Of a DNA stretch of 27,406 nt, positions 8,362 to 18,542 are shown one piece after another. This DNA is from a virus. Its lineage: Duplodnaviria > Caudoviricetes. Positions within the stretch are counted from its first letter, which is position 1. The number at the start of each line of letters is the position of its first letter. A program made the position numbers and the translations under genes. The notes under the pieces are model-generated. The model was not told the DNA's origin. It searched no databases and was given only the letters and a program-made list of their open reading frames with translations. The stretch is taken from the IMG/VR virus record IMGVR_UViG_3300017774_006498, positions 1-27,406 of that record; one strand, 5' to 3'.

Positions 8362-9498
8362 ATGGCCGTTTATAAAATATTCCCTGAAAAGGATGCAACT
8401 ATTTACTCTGAATTTCCCACTACTAACACCGGGTTGGATGCTATATTAGAAGTAAAAAATATTAATTCTTCTTTATCAAGTACAGCTCAAGCAGCCAGAG
8501 CACTAATCCAGTTTCCTTCTGATAAGATGTTAGAGGTTTCTGATTTGATTCTTACTACTAATACTTTACCAGTCAACGGGCCTGCTCCCCCTTCATCTGC
8601 TACGGGAATGTATAGTGCTTCTTTAAAATTATTTTTAGCAGATGCTACTAATCTTCCTGATGATTATGCTTTATATTGTTATGCCACTTCACAATCATGG
8701 CAAGCAGGGACAGGAAAATATTTATATGATCCTCCCTATACTCAGGATTGTACTTGGTATAATAGAGATAATACTAATGAATGGACTACTTCAAGTTTCT
8801 TTACGGATACTACAGCTTCATTTAATTTTAGTACCCCAGGAGGTGGTGTTTGGTGGACTACATATTTAAGTTCTCAATCATTTGTAATAAGCACTACTAA
8901 AGATACTAATATAAATGTTACATATATTGTAGAAACATTTAATACCCCTGGTTTTTTAGAAAATAATGGGTTTATATTAAAATTTGATGATCAATATGAA
9001 TTTAATACTTCATCATCTTATTCATTAAAATTCTTTTCTAAAGATACTCACACAATATATCTCCCACAACTTGAATTTGGTTGGGATGATAGTGTATATG
9101 TTACAGGGTCTTTAACTGTATTAGATAATCAAAATGTAGCTATTACTCTAGGAAATAATTTAGGGTCATATACTTCAGATAGTGTATGTCAATTTAGAGT
9201 AAATGCGCGACCTATATATCCTCCTCGTCAATTTAATACTGTATCTGTATTTACTTTAAATAGTGCTTTACCATCATCTTCTTATTATGCTATTCAAGAT
9301 TTAGACACAGAAGAATATGTTGTGAATTTTAGTGAAGAACATACCAAAATAAGTTGTGATACCGCAGGGAACTTTTTTACGTTATACACAGCCGGATTTC
9401 AACCTGAAAGGTATTACAAAGTATTAATTAAATCTATCTTTGATAATGGTTCATCTGTTATATATGATAATGATTATATTTTTAAAATAAATAAATAA
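8362..9498 (+). CDS. Virion structural protein with DNRLRE-like beta-sandwich N-terminal domain
   Basis: KDATIYS..PTTNTG...LEV...RALIQF...SASLKLF...W...NNGFILK pattern resembles DNRLRE-type domains; lies in the baseplate cluster. Confidence 0.55.
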   Translation: MAVYKIFPEKDATIYSEFPTTNTGLDAILEVKNINSSLSSTAQAARALIQFPSDKMLEVSDLILTTNTLPVNGPAPPSSATGMYSASLKLFLADATNLPDDYALYCYATSQSWQAGTGKYLYDPPYTQDCTWYNRDNTNEWTTSSFFTDTTASFNFSTPGGGVWWTTYLSSQSFVISTTKDTNINVTYIVETFNTPGFLENNGFILKFDDQYEFNTSSSYSLKFFSKDTHTIYLPQLEFGWDDSVYVTGSLTVLDNQNVAITLGNNLGSYTSDSVCQFRVNARPIYPPRQFNTVSVFTLNSALPSSSYYAIQDLDTEEYVVNFSEEHTKISCDTAGNFFTLYTAGFQPERYYKVLIKSIFDNGSSVIYDNDYIFKINK

Positions 9499-9848
9499 TG
9501 GCTGAAAGGATTGATGTTAGGAATTTAATTTATGATAAAAGCATATTTACTAGAGTTATAAATACTCAATTTGGTGAATTCAACCCAATTCAACCTACTG
9601 TTCCGGACACAACAGTAGAAGCTTTTTTTGATTTATATGATGAATTATTTTCTATTATACCCACTGAAGGTGATACAGATTCCCATAGATTTATATTATT
9701 AAGAGAAGCAGAATATCTTAATGTAAAAATAGCAGATGATGATGATATTCAAGCATTATTACAAGAAATAACAGATTTAAGACAACAGCTATTAGAAGCT
9801 GAAGTAAATGTTGTAGTAAACCAATCTCAAAATAATTTAAATTTATAA
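9498..9848 (+). CDS. Acidic hypothetical protein with C-terminal coiled coil
   Basis: 116 aa; IQALLQEITDLRQQLLE heptads; coupled by TAATG. Confidence 0.75.
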   Translation: MAERIDVRNLIYDKSIFTRVINTQFGEFNPIQPTVPDTTVEAFFDLYDELFSIIPTEGDTDSHRFILLREAEYLNVKIADDDDIQALLQEITDLRQQLLEAEVNVVVNQSQNNLNL

Positions 9849-9863
9849 TAAAAATAACTATTA

Positions 9864-12800
9864 ATGGCCGATAATGTAAGAATAGTAGGACAAGTTTTAA
9901 ATAGAGATCAAATAGATCGTTATAATATTGAAGATGAACAGTTATTACGCCCAGTTACACAACAAGAAACCTTTGGAAAACCTGAAGATTATATTGAATA
10001 TTTTGTATTTGATTTAGGGGGAAATATAATAGATAAAACCTATAACTATACTTCATATAAACTTCCTTCTGATTCGGGTTATCAACAAGATTATCTTCCT
10101 ATAATAGAAATAGACCCTATTCAAGATATTAAAAATCTAGGATTTGAATCAGGAGAAGTTACATCTAGATATAATTTTTTTAGAAAAGTAATAGGAGAAT
10201 CTTCTAACCCTAACTTATTTATTTCTCAAATATCATCAGATAGAACAGAATTAAAAGTTAATTCTACTTTAATAAATAATATTAGTTTACTAGATATTGC
10301 TAGTAATTTTGCTGATAAGCAATTGTCTGTTCCTTATTATTACTATTTTATTCTTAATTTTGGTGATAATAATCAAGTAATAGTAGTAAATGTTTTAAGT
10401 GAGGTAACAGATTTAGGAGAAGCTAGTTTATTATTTAAACTTTATGAACCTCTTCCGGCTAATATTGCTTTAAAAACTTCATTTTGGATTGTAGAAGAAA
10501 TAATAAATCCTTATATCTATGGTCTTAATTTAGATAAATTTATTACTCCACCATCTCAACCATCTTTAAAAGGTCCTAATTTTAACATTGATTTAGAATT
10601 TAAAACAGTAATTCCTACTAAGTATAATAATTTAACTCAATTAGTTACTTCATTTACTGGTTCGTCATATCAAGCCGTTTTAAATTCACTTACCAACCAG
10701 GAGATAAATCTAAATGTAGATTATAGTTCACTTAATGGATTTATTCACTATAGCTCAGCTGTAAGTAGAATAAATAATTTTATGTTTAAGATTGGGGAAA
10801 TTGAAGGGTATAAATATCAAATTAATGCTTTTTCTCCATTAACAGCAAGTAATGCTTCTTTAATAAATCAAATAAATCAAGCAACTTCAAGTTTAAATAC
10901 TACTATTGCTAAATTTGATGGATTTGAATCATATCTTTATTATAATTCAAGCTCATTAACATCTTCTATTGTACAATATAATTTAGAAACAGGCTCGTAT
11001 TTGTCATATAATATAGCTCCATATCCTAAATCTAATACATCTCAACCTTATAATTTATACGCATCATCCTCAACTACAGTTTCAAATTGGTATAGAGATG
11101 CTATTGATATAGCTAATAATTATGATGTAACAAATAAAGATATATTAGTTAATACTATACCTTCTTACATACTAGATGATCCCGGAAATTATTTGCCTTA
11201 CACTGTGTTTGTTAACATGATAGGCCAGTATTTTGATAATATTTGGGTTTATATTGACAACTTAACAGACGTATGGGATAATAATAATAATTTAAATGAA
11301 GGTATATCTCAAGATTTAGTATACGATTGGTTAAAATCCTTTGGAATGAAATTATATAATTCCCAAGGTAACCAAGATGTATTAAATTATAATGTAGGTG
11401 GATTTAGTGGTAGTGTTGATTTTACTACAAATTGTATTAGTTATACATTTACTAATATTACTAGTGTTGCTCAGGTACAAAATTTTATTCAATGTGATGG
11501 AACCCCAAATACAGTTAGCCTGGCCCCATTTTTTGGAACTGCTACTGTATGTGCATTATCTGGAAGCTTCGCACCATTAACCCCAGGAGTAAAAAGAACT
11601 GTAGTGGGACCTTGTTATGATGGGAATTATTCACCATCAAGTAGTTTCTTGAACAATATACCTAGAAAAGAATTAGTAATAGATACTTATAAAAGACTTT
11701 ACCATAATTTACCTTATTTATTTAAAGGAAAAGGTGCTCATGGTGGTTTACAAGGATTAATTACACTATTTGGTATTACAGGTTCAATTCTCCCCATTAA
11801 AGAATATGGTGGCACAAACGATTATCAGGATTTAAAAGGATATTCACCAAATAAAATATCATTAGGTTCGAATAATCTTACAGGAAGTATATTATCTCCT
11901 ATAAAACGATTTGAAACATCTACAACATCATCTAGAGAAGTTAAAAGTCAAGATTTACATTTTATTGATGTATCTTTTTCTCCTCAAACCCAAATAGATA
12001 ATTCAGTATCCGCTTCTATTACAGCTGTAGACCCTAATTGGGTTATAGATAATTATATAGCATACCCAGAAGCTCTTTACTTAGATACTTATCCTTCTTT
12101 ATCGTTTCAACGAGATTACTGGTTTGGGCAAACATTTACACATCCAAGTGAAGGATTTGATTATAATGGATTTATTAGATTAATTCAATTTTTTGATAAT
12201 TCGTTATTTAAAATGGTTAAAGATTTTACTCCCGCTAGAAGTAATACTTGGACAGGGGTATCTATTAAATCCCCAGTATTAGAAAGACCTAAAGTACCAG
12301 AAGCAAAACCTTTATTTACTAATTTTTCAGATTTAGAAGGAGAAGTTACAGGCGCAGCTATTCTCCCAGTATATGATCCCTACTACTTTGAATTAACTGG
12401 AGATAGAGAACCTTATTATACTGGAGATATTACTGGTTCTATTCTTGATACTTATGCTCAATTTGAAGAATTAAATGTAAATCCTTATTTAGTTAACAAT
12501 ACAGCAAACTACGTAGCTCCCGGATCTAAACTTTTTGTCTTAGACCCCCAATGTAGACAATATAGATTTAGAAATACAAGTGCTGTTAGTACTAGAAGTG
12601 AGACTTATCTAGACTGTAGTGGGTCATCTCAAACTGTAACTTTAACCCCTTTATCAAGTGCGACAATTTGTGCCATAAGTGGAAGTTATTTACCTTTATC
12701 TGCTGGTTTAACGGTAATAGATTTAGGGATTTGTCCCACAGGCAACTATATATCTTCAGGGGATATGGATTTTATACTAAATTACACAGCACCATATTAT

Positions 12801-14930
12801 GAAAATTTCTTTGAAAATTCTGATTTTAATGCTTTACAAAATAATGAGTTTGTAAGTTTAACTTCTGAATATAGAAAAAAATTAATCCCCATATTATCTA
12901 CAGATTCTTTAGGAAGAGCATTTACTTCTTACTCAATAACAGGAGCTGTTCAACTTCAAGATTCATACTTAAGTGATACAGCATATCTTAATTCAAGGTA
13001 TGATGGTGTTCAACTTTATGGGCGTAACTTTAATACGTGGTCTATTGGTGATGTTTCTTATGGTTTAACACCTGTAGTAAATTATAATACTAAAAAACTA
13101 GGTCTATTTACTGAAATAATAAATAGTATATTACCTAATAAAAGTAATGTGACCTTAAAATATTTAGTAGATGATACTGGGAGATTAGTTGAATTAAATC
13201 AACGTAATAGAAACTGGGCGGAAGTTCAAAATACATTTAAAACAGGAGATACGTTAAACGTATCATTATTAAATGCTCAACAATATTCAAACCAATTTGC
13301 TACTAACGGGAATAGAACAATTCATGAAAGTGGATATTCTTATTATCCTATACTTTATTATTTTGGGTCTTCTTCTATATCTCCTTCACAAAACATACCT
13401 TTTTACAACCCCTCTGGTGATCTAGGTATAGTAGGAACTAATTTCTTTGAAATATACCCCTCAGGTGGGCGTTTTATACCTCCTTTAAATTACACATCTT
13501 CTAGTAATGGAGCTAGACATGAAGTTTGGGATATGTTTAACCAGTCCTCTTCAGTAGGTGTTGTTGGGACTTCTTGGTTTTTTATACCCGTTTCTGTTCC
13601 TCCTAGCTCTTTTGGAGATTCATTTTATACAGGTTCTGGACCTGGTGTAGTTGACATTAATGGGGCAAATGTTACTTCATCTTATTATATAATACCTAGT
13701 GAAGGGGCTTATGATTTTTATCATAATTTTGACGTAAGAGTAGCAGGAGATGTTGGTGCTACTTTTACCGGTAGTATGGAAATTTGGGTAAGTAGTTCAA
13801 TAACAGGACAGTTTAATATGTCTTCTTCTGTTACTCAAGCAGTCAAAATTGAACCACAAGTATGGAATGCGTTGTTAGGTCCTCAAACTTTTATTATTAA
13901 TTCTGGAATGCTTCTTCAAGATACAGGGCAAAGTGTCACTATATATAATGGTTTTATAGTAAATGAATATAATGGGACATCTGCTACTTGTGGACAATCC
14001 CCAACTACTACTTTTACTTCACCTTCAGATGTTGTCTATAAATTATATAGATATGGGGCAGTAAGTGAGTTTTGGATGAAATCTACTCAATCAATAACAG
14101 GTAATGCTTGGACATTTCCCGCAGCTAAAAAATATAAATCATTAACATTGTGTGATGCCAAGCCTGTACCTACTTTAAAATATGTTACTAATTTTTTAGT
14201 AGATACATCTCTTCCAAGTTATCAACCTGGGGATAAAATAGTGTTTAGGTATTTTTGCCAAACAACATCTGTAGGAACTAATAAAATAGAATCAGCGTCA
14301 TTAAGTCCTTATCTTGAAAGTTCAATAGTTGCTGATAATTGGGCATGGGTATTTACTATCCCTATTTATTCCCCCGGGGTTTTAAAAGTTACTCCATCTA
14401 ATGGAAGTCAAATAGCAACTGCTTCAATATGTACTGATCAAATCAATAATACTTTTGAATTAGGGAGTACCTTATCAAGTTTTTATAACCCAAACTACTA
14501 TTTTGATCCACTAAACACAACTTATTCAGCTTCTTATTCTCCTTTATATCAAGAATATGGTTATATTGCTTATCCTTTTCAATTAGAGCCTTTTGATAAA
14601 ATATTAATTCAAATTGAATCTAGTAATGGACTTACCTTTGAATATAATGTTTCTCAAGTAGCTATAGATGGTAATGGACTTGTAAATATATTAATTCAAG
14701 AAGATATAAATGGATATTTTACTAATAACTCTTGTAGTAAATTTTATAAAATAGTTTTTCTAAGACGAGTACCGGATGAAACTAATATTATTTTAAATTT
14801 AGTAAAACCACCAGGAAAAACATCTTACGGATTTGTAATTCCACAAAATTTATCTCCAAATGTATTAAATAACATAGATGATATTACCAAAAATATTAAA
14901 TTACAATTATTAGATAACTTAAATAATTAA
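9864..14930 (+). CDS. Large baseplate/tail structural protein (T4 gp7 / P2 gpI-like wedge region plus accessory beta domains)
   Basis: 1688 aa; YKRLYHNLPYLFKGKGAHGGLQGLITLFGI...IKEYGG resembles the tail-I/gp7 wedge motif; two 61-aa Cys4 modules. Confidence 0.6.
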   Translation: MADNVRIVGQVLNRDQIDRYNIEDEQLLRPVTQQETFGKPEDYIEYFVFDLGGNIIDKTYNYTSYKLPSDSGYQQDYLPIIEIDPIQDIKNLGFESGEVTSRYNFFRKVIGESSNPNLFISQISSDRTELKVNSTLINNISLLDIASNFADKQLSVPYYYYFILNFGDNNQVIVVNVLSEVTDLGEASLLFKLYEPLPANIALKTSFWIVEEIINPYIYGLNLDKFITPPSQPSLKGPNFNIDLEFKTVIPTKYNNLTQLVTSFTGSSYQAVLNSLTNQEINLNVDYSSLNGFIHYSSAVSRINNFMFKIGEIEGYKYQINAFSPLTASNASLINQINQATSSLNTTIAKFDGFESYLYYNSSSLTSSIVQYNLETGSYLSYNIAPYPKSNTSQPYNLYASSSTTVSNWYRDAIDIANNYDVTNKDILVNTIPSYILDDPGNYLPYTVFVNMIGQYFDNIWVYIDNLTDVWDNNNNLNEGISQDLVYDWLKSFGMKLYNSQGNQDVLNYNVGGFSGSVDFTTNCISYTFTNITSVAQVQNFIQCDGTPNTVSLAPFFGTATVCALSGSFAPLTPGVKRTVVGPCYDGNYSPSSSFLNNIPRKELVIDTYKRLYHNLPYLFKGKGAHGGLQGLITLFGITGSILPIKEYGGTNDYQDLKGYSPNKISLGSNNLTGSILSPIKRFETSTTSSREVKSQDLHFIDVSFSPQTQIDNSVSASITAVDPNWVIDNYIAYPEALYLDTYPSLSFQRDYWFGQTFTHPSEGFDYNGFIRLIQFFDNSLFKMVKDFTPARSNTWTGVSIKSPVLERPKVPEAKPLFTNFSDLEGEVTGAAILPVYDPYYFELTGDREPYYTGDITGSILDTYAQFEELNVNPYLVNNTANYVAPGSKLFVLDPQCRQYRFRNTSAVSTRSETYLDCSGSSQTVTLTPLSSATICAISGSYLPLSAGLTVIDLGICPTGNYISSGDMDFILNYTAPYYENFFENSDFNALQNNEFVSLTSEYRKKLIPILSTDSLGRAFTSYSITGAVQLQDSYLSDTAYLNSRYDGVQLYGRNFNTWSIGDVSYGLTPVVNYNTKKLGLFTEIINSILPNKSNVTLKYLVDDTGRLVELNQRNRNWAEVQNTFKTGDTLNVSLLNAQQYSNQFATNGNRTIHESGYSYYPILYYFGSSSISPSQNIPFYNPSGDLGIVGTNFFEIYPSGGRFIPPLNYTSSSNGARHEVWDMFNQSSSVGVVGTSWFFIPVSVPPSSFGDSFYTGSGPGVVDINGANVTSSYYIIPSEGAYDFYHNFDVRVAGDVGATFTGSMEIWVSSSITGQFNMSSSVTQAVKIEPQVWNALLGPQTFIINSGMLLQDTGQSVTIYNGFIVNEYNGTSATCGQSPTTTFTSPSDVVYKLYRYGAVSEFWMKSTQSITGNAWTFPAAKKYKSLTLCDAKPVPTLKYVTNFLVDTSLPSYQPGDKIVFRYFCQTTSVGTNKIESASLSPYLESSIVADNWAWVFTIPIYSPGVLKVTPSNGSQIATASICTDQINNTFELGSTLSSFYNPNYYFDPLNTTYSASYSPLYQEYGYIAYPFQLEPFDKILIQIESSNGLTFEYNVSQVAIDGNGLVNILIQEDINGYFTNNSCSKFYKIVFLRRVPDETNIILNLVKPPGKTSYGFVIPQNLSPNVLNNIDDITKNIKLQLLDNLNN
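11433..11615 (+). repeat. 61-aa four-cysteine module, copy 1 (in 9864..14930)
   Basis: CISYTFTN...QCDG...TATVCALSGSF.PL..G....GPC; aligns with copy 2. Confidence 0.8.
12552..12734 (+). repeat. 61-aa four-cysteine module, copy 2 (in 9864..14930)
   Basis: CRQYRFRN...DCSG...SATICAISGSY.PL..G....GIC; same length and near-identical Cys spacing as copy 1. Confidence 0.8.
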
Positions 14931-14956
14931 ATTTAATTAAAAAATAAAAAAAACAA

Positions 14957-14965
14957 ATATTTATA
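14957..14965 (+). promoter_or_regulatory. ATATTTATA motif, putative late promoter
   Basis: Exact motif in intergenic gap, 20 nt before ATG 14986. Confidence 0.6.
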
Positions 14966-14985
14966 AACAAATAATTAATTAATAA

Positions 14986-15648
14986 ATGGCTATATTAAAT
15001 AACAATACTGTAACAATAGATGCAGTTTTAACAGCTAAAGGGAGGGAATTATTAGCTAGAAATGATGGTTCTTTTAGAATTACACAATTCTCCTTGGCAG
15101 ACGACGAAGTAGATTATACATTGTATAATCCATCGCAACCATCAGGATCTGCATTTTATGGACAAGCAATCGAAGCTATGCCGGTAATGGAAGCATTCCC
15201 CGATGATACTCAAATTATGATTTATAAATTAGTAACATTACCTAGAGGTACAGCTAAACTACCAGTGATTAATGTTGGGTATAATAGTATTTCATTAAAA
15301 CAAGGATCTACTTTAACAATTACTCCTCAAACATTAAATTATTTAGGTGCTACTAGTACATTTGAAGCTAACGGATATACTGTTACTATTGCTGATGTTA
15401 GATTCTTATCTACATTTTCATCAACAGGTGTTCCTGGTTCTGAGACTACTCCAACAGGTGTTACATCAACAGTAGGTTCACAATTAAGTAAAACTATTAT
15501 TGGTACTTCATTTACACTGACCGGTACTACAATTAATACATTATTTGGTTCTGGGCTAAATCAAATAACAACCACTATTACTGTTTTAGGTAGAGATTCA
15601 GGGGCCAGAATAACTATTCCATTAACAATTACAAAATCAAATTCATAA
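14986..15648 (+). CDS. Baseplate/tail-fibre attachment structural protein
   Basis: AVLTAKGRELLA...ITQFSLADD resembles the N-terminal LT..G...LA...IT....GD motif of P2 gpH-like tail-collar domains; Thr/Ser-rich beta C-terminus. Confidence 0.55.
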   Translation: MAILNNNTVTIDAVLTAKGRELLARNDGSFRITQFSLADDEVDYTLYNPSQPSGSAFYGQAIEAMPVMEAFPDDTQIMIYKLVTLPRGTAKLPVINVGYNSISLKQGSTLTITPQTLNYLGATSTFEANGYTVTIADVRFLSTFSSTGVPGSETTPTGVTSTVGSQLSKTIIGTSFTLTGTTINTLFGSGLNQITTTITVLGRDSGARITIPLTITKSNS

Positions 15649-15654
15649 TAATAT

Positions 15655-16680
15655 ATGTCATTCGTAAGATACAATCCAGAAGACTCAGTAGTAAGTACAG
15701 AAACCGTAGTAAGACCAATGTGGAGTGGTAATCTTAATACTTTAACTACTTTTTTTACATCTAGTATTATTACTAGCTCATTCTATTTAAATGTGTATTC
15801 CCAATATCCAGGAGCATTACTTTCCACTACAGAATCTGTTCAGATGGCTATCCAGTATGGGAATAAATTGGGTAGTGGATCAACATACATAAATTCAGCT
15901 GTAACTACTATAATGCCTGATGGATCATCCTTAACTAACTCTAGGGTAGTTTATGGACAATACAGAACATTACTGTTAGGGACTGAAAGTGGAAGTTTTG
16001 ATTTTGGATCAGATAAACCAAATGATATATATATTATTAACATAGCTAGAAATAGATATAAAGAACATATCCAACCAGGTTCTATGACATTAAAATTAAA
16101 ACTTGGTGCCGGTGAAATTGTTTTGACAGATAATAGTCAAATTACTTCTACTACTAATTATACAACAGCTGGTGCTTTATATTATACTTTAATATCTGGA
16201 AGTAATGGAACTGCTGCTACTGCCGCTGCTGTTTCTGCTTCTATTTATGGATATTTATTTCCTCAAAGTGATATTATTATTTTAAACCCAACAGCATTAA
16301 GTAAATCTGTACCTGATGGAGGAATAGCATTTGCACCCGCTATAAGCTCCCCCGGGGCTAATAGTAATATGCCACAAGGGATTTATCAACTAATGTCATC
16401 TAGTGCTAATTTTGCTTTACAATCAGCAGAGAATGTATCAGCTCATTATTTCTTTACTAGAGTAAAAAACCAAGATTTTAACTATACTACTAATCCATCT
16501 ATTATAGATACTAATGGTAATTTGATTTATACTACATTGATTAATAATCCTCAAACATTTATTACCACTATTGGTTTATATAACGATCAAAATGAATTAC
16601 TAGCAGTAGCTAAATTAAGTAGACCTCTGGCAAAAGACTTTACTAAAGAAGCCCTTATAAAAGTAAAATTAGACTATTAA
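15655..16680 (+). CDS. Baseplate/tail-collar-like structural protein
   Basis: C-terminal ITTIGLYNDQNELLAVAKLSRP resembles the GLYD..G.LIAVA motif of tail-collar domains; paralogous to 16702 (N part) plus 22061 (C part). Confidence 0.6.
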   Translation: MSFVRYNPEDSVVSTETVVRPMWSGNLNTLTTFFTSSIITSSFYLNVYSQYPGALLSTTESVQMAIQYGNKLGSGSTYINSAVTTIMPDGSSLTNSRVVYGQYRTLLLGTESGSFDFGSDKPNDIYIINIARNRYKEHIQPGSMTLKLKLGAGEIVLTDNSQITSTTNYTTAGALYYTLISGSNGTAATAAAVSASIYGYLFPQSDIIILNPTALSKSVPDGGIAFAPAISSPGANSNMPQGIYQLMSSSANFALQSAENVSAHYFFTRVKNQDFNYTTNPSIIDTNGNLIYTTLINNPQTFITTIGLYNDQNELLAVAKLSRPLAKDFTKEALIKVKLDY

Positions 16681-16701
16681 TCTAAATAATAATGTTACTA
16701 C

Positions 16702-18531
16702 ATGGGATCATTCAAACAGTTAAAATCATCGGATGTTATAACAGTACCTATTATTGCCAATAAAACTTGGAATTTTAACTATTGCCCCCTCCCATATGAT
16801 GATCCTTATATCACAGTATATAATGGAACAAATTATACTAATTCTTTTAACCCAGGGAGCGAGCCTACAACTAATACACATTATGATAGGCTTACATATA
16901 GACAGATTAATCAATTATTCTATCATCAATATTCGGGAAGTCTAAACACATCATCTTTAGCTTCTTCCATCCATTACTTATCAGCTAGTAGCCAACACCC
17001 ATCAGCTTCATTTTTTAATTTTAATAATGATCCTGCCTTTATTTCATATTTTCCTACAGGAGCAAATGAAACTATTAGAGTAATTCAAATATCTCCTAAA
17101 GCATATGGTAATAAGGTTTTACCATATTCATTTCAAATGTCCTCATCCCAATATAATTTTTATGATGATGGTAAAGGAAATATATATGATAATTTAATTA
17201 ATCCATCACCTACTCACGTAGGGAATATTTTTTATCCTGAAGGTACCGTTGTAATTACGAGTCAAGCTTATCAAAACGCTTTTGTATTACCTGCTGTGGC
17301 TTATGATGATGCTTATAGTATAATAAGAAATGATTACCCAAATCCACTTACGTTCTCATTCTATCCATTAGTAAATGATGATTTAAGAGGCAACACCCTA
17401 ATAAATAATTCAATCCAAATATTTGGAGGAAATGCTAATTTCTTTAGTACAGGTTCAAATAATTCAGTATCCTTATCTTTTTCTGGTTTGGGTACAGGAG
17501 TATATCAAACATTTTATACATTTTTAACTACTGGATCCTATTGTGCTCCATTAATGAGTAGTACAGGCAGTATTACTGTTAATGTATCAGATCCAGAATG
17601 TGAATTCGAGATTGGAATTATAATTCCTCCTCCATTCCCACCATCACCATCATCTACACCAACACCAACTATAACACCATCAGTAACTGCAACACCAAGT
17701 AAAACACCAACAGTTACACCATCAGTAACTATAACACCATCAGTAACTATAACACCAAGTAAAACACCAACAGTAACTCCAACACCATCACCTTCAACAA
17801 AATATGAATTTAGAGAAGCTAAACAATGTTGTTCGGAGCTTAGTGTAGGAGTTATATCTATTCCGCAAGTATTTTTAACAGGTTTTTTAACAGCTACTAA
17901 TGGATATTGTTATGAATTTGGTAGTATTGCAATAGCGGGACCAGCAACTCTTACATGGAATGGAGGTACATTATACACTGATTGTACAACTTGTAATGCA
18001 GCTAATCCATGTCCACCTCCATCACCATCACCAACACCATCAATAACTGCATCACCAAGTAAAACACCATCAGTAACACCATCAGTAACACCATCAATTA
18101 ACCCATCAATAACTGTATCACCAAGTGTAACACCCTCAATAACACCATCTATAACACCATCTATAACTGTATCACCAAGTAAAACACCATCTGTAACTCC
18201 ATCTATAACTGTATCACCAAGTAAAACACCGTCTGTTACACCGAGTATAACACCGTCTAGAACGCCATCTATAACTGTATCACCAAGTAAAACACCATCT
18301 ATAACGCCATCTATAACTGTATCTCCGAGTATAACACCATCAATAACTGTATCACCAAGTAAAACACCATCTATAACACCATCTATAACTGTATCACCAA
18401 GTAAAACACCGTCTGTTACACCGAGTATAACACCGTCTATTACTCCAAGTACTATGAACTCAAAACAATTCCAAAATGGTGATAACTTTGAGTTCCAAGA
18501 TGGAGAATTTTATCAATTTCAATCTCAATAA
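16702..18531 (+). CDS. Multidomain virion protein: structural N-domain, Ig/cadherin-like domain, Pro/Ser/Thr repeats, Cys-rich domain
   Basis: N-terminal part paralogous to 15655; PAVAYDD...VNDD...YTF...GSITVNV Ig-like signature (~17290-17586); TPS repeats flanking a CC..C..CxxC..C domain. Confidence 0.65.
   Translation: MGSFKQLKSSDVITVPIIANKTWNFNYCPLPYDDPYITVYNGTNYTNSFNPGSEPTTNTHYDRLTYRQINQLFYHQYSGSLNTSSLASSIHYLSASSQHPSASFFNFNNDPAFISYFPTGANETIRVIQISPKAYGNKVLPYSFQMSSSQYNFYDDGKGNIYDNLINPSPTHVGNIFYPEGTVVITSQAYQNAFVLPAVAYDDAYSIIRNDYPNPLTFSFYPLVNDDLRGNTLINNSIQIFGGNANFFSTGSNNSVSLSFSGLGTGVYQTFYTFLTTGSYCAPLMSSTGSITVNVSDPECEFEIGIIIPPPFPPSPSSTPTPTITPSVTATPSKTPTVTPSVTITPSVTITPSKTPTVTPTPSPSTKYEFREAKQCCSELSVGVISIPQVFLTGFLTATNGYCYEFGSIAIAGPATLTWNGGTLYTDCTTCNAANPCPPPSPSPTPSITASPSKTPSVTPSVTPSINPSITVSPSVTPSITPSITPSITVSPSKTPSVTPSITVSPSKTPSVTPSITPSRTPSITVSPSKTPSITPSITVSPSITPSITVSPSKTPSITPSITVSPSKTPSVTPSITPSITPSTMNSKQFQNGDNFEFQDGEFYQFQSQ
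17626..17799 (+). repeat. Pro/Ser/Thr-rich (TPSVT/TPSKT) coding repeat
   Basis: Tandem ACACCATCAGTAACT-type units. Confidence 0.85.
18013..18453 (+). repeat. Long mucin-like TPSIT/VSPSK coding repeat array
   Basis: About 145 aa of TPS(I/V)/VSPSK units; exact 61-nt direct repeat at 18199-18259 and 18379-18439. Confidence 0.9.
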
Positions 18532-18542
18532 ATTATAATAAA

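Noticed and set aside
3167-16680. Bacterial contractile injection system (eCIS/T6SS) rather than phage
   Set aside because: Linked primase, exonuclease, gp55-like sigma and phage-style gene packing with no bacterial housekeeping genes favour a phage genome.
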